From: Alphaproteobacteria bacterium
GTDB lineage: Bacteria; Pseudomonadota; Alphaproteobacteria; SP197
Direction: 5' to 3'
NCBI GenBank assembly: GCA_964291415.2
Contig: OZ219917.1
Coordinates: 1 to 64,000, forward strand
DNA length: 64,000 nt
The notes under the pieces were generated by a model. It worked only from the letters and a program-made list of their open reading frames with translations, searched no databases and was not told the origin of the DNA. Each line of letters begins with the position of its first letter. Position 1 is the stretch's first letter. A program made the position numbers and the translations under genes. Positions 27,836 to 36,779 of this stretch are shown here, in pieces.

Positions 27836-29488
27836 TCAGGCGTGCAGTTCCTGGGCCATGCGGGTGCCGTCGGGTGCATGGGTCTCATCCGGCGATGCGA
27901 CCGCCCCGGGGTCGGTGTGCAACGACTTCACCACGCCGTAGGCCATCAGCAGCATGATCACGCTGACCGGCAGGGCCGCGGCGATCGATGCCGTCTGCAG
28001 TGCCGCCAGACCACCGGCCAGCAGCAGCACGGCGGCCACAAATCCCTCGCCAAGGCCCCAGACGATGCGGAAACGCTGCGGCGGATTGTCGGAACCCATG
28101 CTCAGCATGGTGGTGATCACCAGCGTCCCCGAATCGGATGACGTGATGAACCACGTCGCCAGGAGGAAGGTCGCCAGCGCGGCCATGATCCAGTTGAGCC
28201 AGTTGACTGCGCTGACCTGTGCGATGGTGCCGTAGAGCGCCGAAGGCAGATCCCAGCCCCGCACCAGGTCCGCGATGCCGGCGGTGCCCACGCCACCTGC
28301 CGCATTGAGCTCCATGTGCATCGCCGTCCCGCCGAAGATGCACAGCCAGAAGAAGGCCAGCGTCGTCGGAACGAACATCACGCCGACCATGAACTCCCTG
28401 ATCGTGCGGCCGCGGCTGATGCGGGCGATGAACATGCCGACAAACGGCGCCCAGGAGATCCACCAGCCCCAGTAGAAGATCGTCCAGCCGCTCTGCCAGG
28501 CGGCGTTGGCTTCGTCGTTGAAGGTCTGGAAGCCCATGGGAATGACGTTCCACAGGTAGTCGCCCGTGGTGCTGACGAAGAATCCCAGCAGCCACTTGGT
28601 GGGGCCGCCGAAGAGGAAGAAGGCGAGCAGAACGACACTGAGCCAGATGTTCCACTCCGAAATGATGCGGATGCCCTTGCCGACCCCGGAGACCGCCGAG
28701 AGCGTGGCGACGATCGAGATGACGACGATGAGAATGATCTGCGTGACGATTCCCGGATCGACCCCGAACAGGTGGTTGAGACCGGCAGCCATCTGACTGA
28801 CGCCAAGGCCCAGCGACGTGGCGACGCCGAAGACGGTGCCGAACACCGCCAGCAGATCGACGGCATGTCCGATCGGCCCATAGATGCGATCGCCGATCAC
28901 CGGGTAGAGCGCCGAGCGCAGGGTCAGCGGCAGTTTCTTGCGAAAGCCGAAGTAGGCGAGGCACAGGCCGACGATCACGTACCCCGCCCAGCCATGGAAG
29001 CCCCAGTGGAAATAGGTGACCCGCATGGCGGCGGCGGCCCGCTGCTCATTCATGGCAGCCAGCCCCGCCTGGTCGGCAAAGGGGTTGTTGGGATAGCCCC
29101 ACGGTTCGGTGTTGTCGAAATAGAACATCGGCTCGGCGATGCCGAAGAACAGCAGTCCGATACCGACGCCTGCCGAGAACAGCATGGCCAGCCACGAGAA
29201 GTTGGAGAACTCCGGTCGCGAGTCGTCGTCACCGAGCCGGATCGTGCCGAAGCGGCTGAACATCAGGTAGAAGCAGACGAACAGCATGATCACCAGGGCC
29301 ATGATGTAGTACCAGTTGAGCGCATACTCGATCCAGCCACGCACCGCCTGGTAGACGCTGTTGGCGAAGTCGACATTGATGGCCGTGAAGACAACGAAGA
29401 CGACCACCATCACCTTCGCCGCGATACCCATGCCCGAGTGCAGCCCCTTGAAAGGGCCACTCCGGGCCACCAGACTTGACTGTGTCAT
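27836..29488 (-). CDS. BCCT-family (betaine/choline/carnitine) transporter, copy 1
   Basis: AMLFSAG.GIGLLFFG, FHWG, WTIFYWGWWISWAPFVGMFIARISRGRTIREF, TSSDSG. Confidence 0.95.
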   Translation of the reverse strand: MTQSSLVARSGPFKGLHSGMGIAAKVMVVVFVVFTAINVDFANSVYQAVRGWIEYALNWYYIMALVIMLFVCFYLMFSRFGTIRLGDDDSRPEFSNFSWLAMLFSAGVGIGLLFFGIAEPMFYFDNTEPWGYPNNPFADQAGLAAMNEQRAAAAMRVTYFHWGFHGWAGYVIVGLCLAYFGFRKKLPLTLRSALYPVIGDRIYGPIGHAVDLLAVFGTVFGVATSLGLGVSQMAAGLNHLFGVDPGIVTQIILIVVISIVATLSAVSGVGKGIRIISEWNIWLSVVLLAFFLFGGPTKWLLGFFVSTTGDYLWNVIPMGFQTFNDEANAAWQSGWTIFYWGWWISWAPFVGMFIARISRGRTIREFMVGVMFVPTTLAFFWLCIFGGTAMHMELNAAGGVGTAGIADLVRGWDLPSALYGTIAQVSAVNWLNWIMAALATFLLATWFITSSDSGTLVITTMLSMGSDNPPQRFRIVWGLGEGFVAAVLLLAGGLAALQTASIAAALPVSVIMLLMAYGVVKSLHTDPGAVASPDETHAPDGTRMAQELHA

Positions 29489-29589
29489 CGTGCATTCCTT
29501 TCGAAAGGCGGTGCATGGCACGGATTCGTGATCGTATCCGCCATTCAATCACAACGTTCCGCGCGGTTCACGCGCCGAGATTGGCGCTC

Positions 29590-30020
29590 TGGCCATTCCG
29601 GCTCGTCCGGCGAACGTGCAGATGATGCCGCCAACGATCATGGCCGTGCCGAAAACCCGCCATGTTCCGAAGCGTTCCCCGAAAACGAAAGCCGAACGAT
29701 GAGCGTGACGACGACCGTTCCGGTCACGACGGTCGGTATCACCACGCTCGCCGGCAGGGACTCAGACCTGCCGGCGATACCGACGCACAGCCCCTGCAAC
29801 CAGCACCCAAGCGCAGCGTGGGACGGACAGGCAAGAGACCTCGCCACCCTGGAAGGCGAGGGTCGCCGCAAGAATCGCCGAGGTCGCCAACGCCCCGGTC
29901 TGCAGGTAGATGGCAGCAAACGCCGTCGTGGTGGCTTCGGCGGGGACATGGTTCTCCTGAATCCCCTCTCAACAGAGTGTCGCCGGCATAGGCCGGCATC
30001 AAGATCGCCGGCACGAGCCA
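29590..30020 (-). pseudogene. Decayed paralogue of the small membrane protein at 36180-36644
   Basis: Retains LPASVVIPTVVTGTVV.TLIV, but with indels and frameshifts elsewhere. Confidence 0.75.
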
Positions 30021-30159
30021 TCACCCGACAGACCCCCTGATCTCCGGGAATTGCCCGGAACACACGTACACGTGTACCGGAGAGCGGACACATGCCAACG
30101 CATTGACGCGCCGCTCCCCATGACCTTCAGCATCGGATGCCGGAAGGGGGAATGTCGTC

Positions 30160-30612
30160 ATGATGGAGCATCGCAGCAGGGTCCGTGGAACCGGCGGCAT
30201 GGTCGCCGCCGGACACCCTGACGCGGTCAGGGCCGGAGCTCATGCCTTCGATGCCATTGTCGCCACCTTCGCGAGTTGTGGAGTCGAACCGGCCCCAGAG
30301 CGCCGCCGGCGGCGATGCGCGCCTTGCCGCACGAGAAGGCCGCCTGGTGCCAGTCGACGGACGGTTGCCTGAGGGCACCTGCAAATGCCCGCGAGGATAT
30401 GCGCGAAGTCGACGACACACGCGACATCATGTCCTGCGAGACCCCGTGGACGAAGGGTCTCACGGCCGCAAGGGACCATCTCGCAGCGAGCGTTCCGGGC
30501 GCCGTCGCCGCCGCCTCGATCGGGCCCGGTTCCGGAAGCTTCGATCCGCTTGGCCGAACGCGGCATCACCATGACCTGGAACCGGCTGCTCCACATCTGC
30601 GAAGTGCACCGA
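30160..30612 (+). pseudogene. Decayed, truncated paralogue of the gamma-glutamyltransferase at 36780-38474
   Basis: Fragments GMVAAGHPDAV, AFDAIV, ETPWTK, VPGAVAA and TWN.LLHICEVHR occur across several frames with internal deletions. Confidence 0.8.
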
Positions 30613-30932
30613 GCCCAACACCCCGGCACCGAGCCTGGACGGTGTGGGCCCACGCCTGAAGTGTCGCATTTTCGGTTGCCATTGACAGACCCGGCGGATG
30701 CCGGAACACGCATCACGTTGCCACCTGTTCGCGCGCTGTCCGGCACACCTCTCCAATCGCGAACGCCCATGGCCAGGACCGACCTCCGCCTCCAGTGTGG
30801 TATCATCCGCAGATGATCAAACGCGCGTTCCCGACGGTGCCGTTGTCGCTTCCTGCGCATGACTGAAGCATTCGCATCATGTGTTCTCTCGGTCGGGGAA
30901 CCTTCATCACCGCCGCCCGATACACGTGTCTG

Positions 30933-32675
30933 ATGGACACGGTGAGCACCACACTATCCCGGATCGCATCCATTGCCATTCTCGGAGCCGTGACAGGCGC
31001 CCTGGCGGCCTTGGCAGCCATCGGCTTCGTCGAACTGATCGCCGTCCTGAACGACTGGCTCTTCATCTCGCCTCGCAGCCGCTTCATGGTGGACGATGCG
31101 CGGTGGCTGGCTGTCGCGACCATCGGCGTGCCGGCTGCAGGAGGGCTGATCGTCGGCATCATTCACCGGTACAATCCGGACCGGCGTTCCCACGGTCCTC
31201 CCGACGTCATCCAGGCTGTCCAGGGCCTGGATCCGCGAATACCGCTGCGCTCCGGATTCCTTTCCGCAACGGCCAGCATGGTGTCCCTTGGCGCCGGAGC
31301 CTCGGTCGGGCAATACGGCCCGTTGGCGCACCTCGGCGCGACCCTGGGATCCCTTGTAGCTGGCTGTGCCCGAAACACCCGCTGGATGGTGACGGTCGGC
31401 GTGGGCTGCGGTGTCGCTGCCGCCATCTCGACCGCATTCAACGCCCCGATCGCGGGAATTGTCTTCGCGCACGAGGTCATCCTGCGCCACTACTCCCTTC
31501 GGGCATTCGCGCCGATCACGGTGGCCGCGACGGTGGGCTACGTGTTCGCCAACATAGTGTTCGAGCGTCCACCCCTGTTTCGGCTGGAAACCGTCGACGC
31601 AAGCTCCGCCCCGGAGTTCGTCGGCTTCGTTGCCATCGGGGTTTGCGGCGCCTTCGTTGCCGTTCTGTACATGCGGGCGATCCTGTGGTCGGCCCGGCTT
31701 GCCCGAAGGGTGCCCGTGCCGGACTGCATCAAGCCCATGCTTGCCGGCGCTGCGTTGGGCCTGGCCGCCCTGTGGATCCCCGATGTTCTCGGTCTCGGCA
31801 AGGAAACGCTGAGGTTCGCGGTCATCGATCAGGCGTTCGGCGCCGGGGAACTTCTTGTGCTCGTCGTCGCGAAGATTCTGGCCACCGCGATGTGCCTTGG
31901 CTTCGGGTTCGCGGGCGGCGTGTTCAGTCCCGCCCTGCTCATCGGCGTCCTGTTCGGCGCGCTGGCGGGAAACGGGGCGGAGATGATTCTCGGCGACCTC
32001 TATTCGGAGATTGCGGTCTACGCGATCTGCGGCATGGTCGCGGTGACAAGCGCGGTCATCGGGGCGCCGCTGACAACGATCCTGATCGTCTTCGAGTTGA
32101 CTCGTAACTACGATCTGGCGACGGCGGCGATGGTCAGCGTCGTCTTCTCGAACCTGGTCTCGTATCGAGTTTTCGGCCGTTCCCTGTTTGACGTACAGCT
32201 CCGCATGCGGGGTTTTGACCTCGCCGACGGACGACACAAGGCGATTCTCGACCGCCTCCTCCTCGAAGACTGTGTGAGCCTGGACTACACCTCGCTGTCG
32301 CCGGACGCGCCGCTCCACGAAGCGAAGGCGCGCCTCCTCGAGGCGGACAGGCACGAAGGCTACGTGGTCGACGCGAACGGCGTGTATCTCGGTACTGTCA
32401 CGCTTGCCGAGCTTGAGCCGAGGCCGGCTGGCGAGGTTCGCGGACCGGAATTGACGGTCCGACAGCTTGCAAGACCCGAGTCCCTGATTCTCACGGCAAG
32501 AACGACGGTTTGGCACGCGATGGAACAGATGGGCGACTTCGTTGGCGAGAGCATTCCGGTGCTCGAGGCCGGCGATCACGGTCGCCTGTTGGGCGTCGTG
32601 TTCGAGGCAACCATCGTCAAGGCCTACCTCGATACAACGAACCGAATCAGGGAAGAGGAGAATGCGGGAGGATAG
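30933..32675 (+). CDS. CLC-family chloride channel protein with CBS domains
   Basis: GASVGQYGP, FNAPIAG..FA.E, GG.FSPAL, APLT..LIVFELT..Y, and a C-terminal CBS pair. Confidence 0.9.
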   Translation: MDTVSTTLSRIASIAILGAVTGALAALAAIGFVELIAVLNDWLFISPRSRFMVDDARWLAVATIGVPAAGGLIVGIIHRYNPDRRSHGPPDVIQAVQGLDPRIPLRSGFLSATASMVSLGAGASVGQYGPLAHLGATLGSLVAGCARNTRWMVTVGVGCGVAAAISTAFNAPIAGIVFAHEVILRHYSLRAFAPITVAATVGYVFANIVFERPPLFRLETVDASSAPEFVGFVAIGVCGAFVAVLYMRAILWSARLARRVPVPDCIKPMLAGAALGLAALWIPDVLGLGKETLRFAVIDQAFGAGELLVLVVAKILATAMCLGFGFAGGVFSPALLIGVLFGALAGNGAEMILGDLYSEIAVYAICGMVAVTSAVIGAPLTTILIVFELTRNYDLATAAMVSVVFSNLVSYRVFGRSLFDVQLRMRGFDLADGRHKAILDRLLLEDCVSLDYTSLSPDAPLHEAKARLLEADRHEGYVVDANGVYLGTVTLAELEPRPAGEVRGPELTVRQLARPESLILTARTTVWHAMEQMGDFVGESIPVLEAGDHGRLLGVVFEATIVKAYLDTTNRIREEENAGG

Positions 32676-32711
32676 AGTACCCATGAGGCCACGGAAATCC
32701 GGAGCGGAATC

Positions 32712-33893
32712 TTGAAGGGGCGGCTTGTCATCCGCTGCGCCCTGCTCTGCATCGCTCTCTTCGGGCTGGCCGGACCGGCGACCGTCGATGCGTCAGACGA
32801 ACAAGGCCGCACGATCACGGTGGCCACCTGGGGCGGGCCCTACGAGCGCAGCCAGGTCAAGGCCTACTTCGAGCCGTTCACGAAGGCAACGGGCATTCGA
32901 GTTCGCACCGAACGGTACGGGGGCGGGCTCACCGAACTTCGTCGACAGTCGGTCACAGGAGAGATTGCGTGGGATGTCGTGGACATGACCATGGCCGACA
33001 ACCGCGCTGCCTGCCGACAGGGACTTCTGGAACCCATCGATCATGCGATTCTGCTCCCCGGAACCGACGGGATTCCGGCCGATGAGGACTTTCTCGATGG
33101 CGCACTGACCGAGTGCGGGGTCTCGCAGATCGTCTATGCCATGGTGACGGCGTTCAATCGAGACGCCTTTCCCGGAGAGCGGCCTGCCCGGATCGAGGAC
33201 ATCTTCGATGTGCAGCGGTTCCCCGGAAAGAGGGCTCTCCAGAAGGCCCCTGCGGCGAACCTCGAATGGGCGCTCATGTCGTACGGTGTGCCGCGCGAGG
33301 ATCTGTACGAATTGTTGAGTACGGAGCGGGGTCTTCGCCTCGCCTTCAGGAAACTCGACCGCATCCGCGATCACGTGATCTGGTGGACATCCATCGAGGA
33401 ACCGGTGGACCTGCTCGTGTCGGGCAAGGTCGCGATTGCCTCTCAGTTCAACGGACGCCTGTTCGATGCGGCGGTGGTTCACGGCCACCCCATCGAAATC
33501 ATCTGGGATGCGCAACTCTACGAGTTCGGAGCGTGGGGCGTTGCAAGGGGCTCGCCACGCCGCGAGGAGGCGCTGGAGTTCATCCGCTTTGCCACCGGCA
33601 CGGGGCCCCTGGCGGATCAGGCCGGATACATCTCCTATGGGCCGACCAGGCATTCTTCAATGAGGCTCGTGTCGACACATGCCGAAATCGGCGTGGACAT
33701 GCGGCCTCATCTCCCGACCAGTTCCACAAACTTCAGGACCGCAATCCTCAAGGACACAGAGTGGTACGCCAGCCTTCACGACAGGATCAGTGCGCGTTTC
33801 GATGAATGGCTCGACCAATCGGAGACGAGTCACACGGACAAAGCGAACACCGGTGCGGATTCGGTGGCGCAGGACGATGGTTCAGATCATTAG
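32712..33893 (+). CDS. Polyamine-type ABC transporter substrate-binding protein
   Basis: Signal peptide, TWGG.YE.SQ.KAYF.PF, WDVVD, FPGKRAL, NLEWAL. Confidence 0.85.
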   Translation: MKGRLVIRCALLCIALFGLAGPATVDASDEQGRTITVATWGGPYERSQVKAYFEPFTKATGIRVRTERYGGGLTELRRQSVTGEIAWDVVDMTMADNRAACRQGLLEPIDHAILLPGTDGIPADEDFLDGALTECGVSQIVYAMVTAFNRDAFPGERPARIEDIFDVQRFPGKRALQKAPAANLEWALMSYGVPREDLYELLSTERGLRLAFRKLDRIRDHVIWWTSIEEPVDLLVSGKVAIASQFNGRLFDAAVVHGHPIEIIWDAQLYEFGAWGVARGSPRREEALEFIRFATGTGPLADQAGYISYGPTRHSSMRLVSTHAEIGVDMRPHLPTSSTNFRTAILKDTEWYASLHDRISARFDEWLDQSETSHTDKANTGADSVAQDDGSDH

Positions 33894-33929
33894 GGCGGGT
33901 TGGTCCATCATGAGCCACCCTTTCCGCAT

Positions 33930-34145
33930 GGCGGTACACCTTTCGCGGACACGCTCCTCGGCGGGCTCGCCCTGGCGCGATTCGGCTCGTTCCGGGGGCG
34001 TATCCTGTTTTCCGGCATGATCTCGGCGCCGCTGGTGATGTCCGAAGTGATCACCGGCCTGTCGCTGCTGGTGTTGTTCGATATCACGCTGCCCCTGCTG
34101 GCGCCGACAATGATCGCGGGCTGGCTGCTGGCCTTCGCCCCCTTA
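33930..34145 (+). pseudogene. PotC/PotI permease remnant with internal deletion
   Basis: LARFGSFRGRILFSGMISAPLVMSEVITGLSLLVLF is joined directly to DITLPLLAP.MIAGWLLAF. These segments are normally separated by the EAA loop. Confidence 0.75.
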
Positions 34146-34338
34146 TCTCGGCGGCCTCTTTCTCTTTCACGTCGTTCCTATTCTTGACAGATACGAAGTG
34201 CCGATCAGACTGCATTCCGCCAGGGCAAGCCCTGGAGAGAAAGCCACGAGCTGAAACCTCTCGTTGTGATCCCTGCGGGTTCGACTGCCGCCCGGCAAAG
34301 GCACAGCCCGCCGGCCGGACGTGAGTCGTGCATGGCGT

Positions 34339-36115
34339 GCGGCGACGTGGTGGAACGCCCCCGCAAGTCCTGAAGAGCGGTGGCGGAGCAGCCATCCTGG
34401 CCGCTCCGCCACAACCTGATCGAGGCTCAGGCGTGCAGTTCCTGGGCCATGCGGGTGCCGTCCGGAGCATGGGTCTCATCCGGCGATGCGACCGCCCCGG
34501 GGTCGGTATGCAACGACTTCACCACGCCGTAGGCCATCAGCAGCATGATCACGCTGACCGGCAGGGCCGCGGCGATCGATGCCGTCTGCAGTGCCGCCAG
34601 GCCACCGGCCAGCAGCAGCACGGCGGCCACAAATCCCTCGCCAAGGCCCCAGACGATGCGGAAACGCTGCGGCGGATTGTCGGAACCCATGCTCAGCATG
34701 GTGGTGATCACCAGCGTCCCCGAATCGGACGACGTGATGAACCACGTCGCCAGGAGGAAGGTCGCCAGCGCGGCCATGATCCAGTTGAGCCAGTTGACTG
34801 CGCTGACCTGTGCGATGGTGCCGTAGAGCGCCGAAGGCAGATCCCAGCCCCGCACCAGGTCCGCGATGCCGGCGGTGCCCACGCCACCTGCCGCATTGAG
34901 CTCCATGTGCATCGCCGTCCCGCCGAAGATGCACAGCCAGAAGAAGGCCAGCGTCGTCGGAACGAACATCACGCCGACCATGAACTCCCTGATCGTGCGG
35001 CCGCGGCTGATGCGGGCGATGAACATGCCGACAAACGGCGCCCAGGATATCCACCAGCCCCAGTAGAAGATCGTCCAGCCGCTCTGCCAGGCGGCGTTGG
35101 CTTCGTCGTTGAAGGTCTGGAAGCCCATGGGAATGACGTTCCACAGGTAGTCGCCCGTGGTGCTGACGAAGAATCCCAGCAGCCACTTGGTGGGGCCGCC
35201 GAAGAGGAAGAAGGCGAGCAGAACGACACTGAGCCAGATGTTCCACTCCGAAATGATGCGGATGCCCTTGCCGACCCCGGAGACCGCCGAGAGCGTGGCG
35301 ACGATCGAGATGACGACGATGAGAATGATCTGCGTGACGATTCCCGGATCGACCCCGAACAGGTGGTTGAGACCGGCAGCCATCTGACTGACGCCAAGGC
35401 CCAGCGACGTGGCGACGCCGAAGACGGTGCCGAACACCGCCAGCAGATCGACGGCATGTCCGATGGGCCCATAGATGCGATCGCCGATCACCGGGTAGAG
35501 CGCCGAGCGCAGGGTCAGCGGCAGTTTCTTGCGAAAGCCGAAGTAGGCGAGGCACAGGCCGACGATCACGTACCCTGCCCAGCCATGGAAGCCCCAGTGG
35601 AAATAGGTGACCCGCATGGCGGCGGCGGCCCGCTGCTCATTCATGGCAGCCAGCCCCGCCTGGTCGGCAAAGGGGTTGTTGGGATAGCCCCACGGTTCGG
35701 TGTTGTCGAAATAGAACATCGGCTCGGCGATGCCGAAGAACAGCAGTCCGATACCGACGCCTGCCGAGAACAGCATGGCCAGCCACGAGAAGTTGGAGAA
35801 CTCCGGTCGCGAGTCGTCGTCACCGAGCCGGATCGTGCCGAAGCGGCTGAACATCAGGTAGAAGCAGACGAACAGCATGATCACCAGGGCCATGATGTAG
35901 TACCAGTTGAGCGCATACTCGATCCAGCCACGCACCGCCTGGTAGACGCTGTTGGCGAAGTCGACATTGATGGCCGTGAAGACAACGAAGACGACCACCA
36001 TCACCTTCGCCGCGATACCCATGCCCGAGTGCAGTCCCTTGAAAGGGCCACTCCGGGCCACCAGACTTGACTGTGTCATCGTGCATTCCTTTCGAAAGGC
36101 GGTGCATGGCACGGA
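34339..36115. repeat. Direct repeat copy 2 (~1.78 kb)
   Basis: Matches 27748-29524 and starts with the orphaned last ~35 nt of the rhodanese gene. Confidence 0.95.
34427..36079 (-). CDS. BCCT-family transporter, copy 2
   Basis: Translation from MTQSS appears identical to copy 1. Confidence 0.95.
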   Translation of the reverse strand: MTQSSLVARSGPFKGLHSGMGIAAKVMVVVFVVFTAINVDFANSVYQAVRGWIEYALNWYYIMALVIMLFVCFYLMFSRFGTIRLGDDDSRPEFSNFSWLAMLFSAGVGIGLLFFGIAEPMFYFDNTEPWGYPNNPFADQAGLAAMNEQRAAAAMRVTYFHWGFHGWAGYVIVGLCLAYFGFRKKLPLTLRSALYPVIGDRIYGPIGHAVDLLAVFGTVFGVATSLGLGVSQMAAGLNHLFGVDPGIVTQIILIVVISIVATLSAVSGVGKGIRIISEWNIWLSVVLLAFFLFGGPTKWLLGFFVSTTGDYLWNVIPMGFQTFNDEANAAWQSGWTIFYWGWWISWAPFVGMFIARISRGRTIREFMVGVMFVPTTLAFFWLCIFGGTAMHMELNAAGGVGTAGIADLVRGWDLPSALYGTIAQVSAVNWLNWIMAALATFLLATWFITSSDSGTLVITTMLSMGSDNPPQRFRIVWGLGEGFVAAVLLLAGGLAALQTASIAAALPVSVIMLLMAYGVVKSLHTDPGAVASPDETHAPDGTRMAQELHA

Positions 36116-36179
36116 CTTGTGACCGTGCCTCGCCATTCAAGCACAGAACCATGCCGGATTCACGATGTGCGCATGGCAC

Positions 36180-36644
36180 TCAGGCCTGATCGATACGCCC
36201 GGCGAACATGAAGACGATCCCGGCAACGACCAGGGCGGCGCCGGCAACCTGCAGGATTCCGAGCCGTTCCTGGAAGACGAGCACCGATACGATGAGCGTG
36301 ATGACGACCGTCCCGGTCACCACCGTCGGGATCACCACGCTCGCCGGCAAGGGATTCGAGGCGCTGAAGATGGTGAGGTAGCAGATCTCGGCGATGCCGA
36401 TGCAAACTCCGGCGCCGAGGGCCCAGAGATAGCTTGGCAGGGAGAGGCGCAAGGTGTGTCCGCCCTGGATACCGAGAACCGTGAGGAAGGCCATCGACGT
36501 GAGCAATGCGCCGGTCTGCAGGCAGACCGCGGCGAGCACGGTCGTGGTGGCTTCGGCCGGCACGTGATCACCTGAAACCTTGATCAGCAGGTTGTAGCCC
36601 ACATAGGCCAGCGTCACGATTGCCAGCAGCACCATCATCGACAT
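36180..36644 (-). CDS. Small EamA/DMT-like membrane protein
   Basis: About five hydrophobic helices; C-terminal VLVFQERLG..QVAGAALVVAGI resembles the DMT signature. Confidence 0.75.
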   Translation of the reverse strand: MSMMVLLAIVTLAYVGYNLLIKVSGDHVPAEATTTVLAAVCLQTGALLTSMAFLTVLGIQGGHTLRLSLPSYLWALGAGVCIGIAEICYLTIFSASNPLPASVVIPTVVTGTVVITLIVSVLVFQERLGILQVAGAALVVAGIVFMFAGRIDQA

Positions 36645-36779
36645 GACCGACTCCCTCAAATCCGTTCGGGGACTCTGTACCGAAGCGGGAACAAAGACCA
36701 ACAGGTTGACTTCCGGTTGTCATGGCTACCAGCATCGGGAACAGGGATCCCGGAAGGTGCCGCCATGGTCGAAGGAAGC

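Larger units (their letters stand above)
27748..29524. repeat. Direct repeat copy 1 (~1.78 kb): rhodanese 3' tip, hairpin, BCCT gene
   Basis: Matches 34339-36115 at a constant offset of 6591, with about nine substitutions found by eye. Confidence 0.95.

Noticed and set aside
34274-34292. tRNA T-arm-like GGTTCGAC motif near the repeat junction (also at ~23661)
   Set aside because: The stems are imperfect and no cloverleaf, acceptor stem or CCA can be built.
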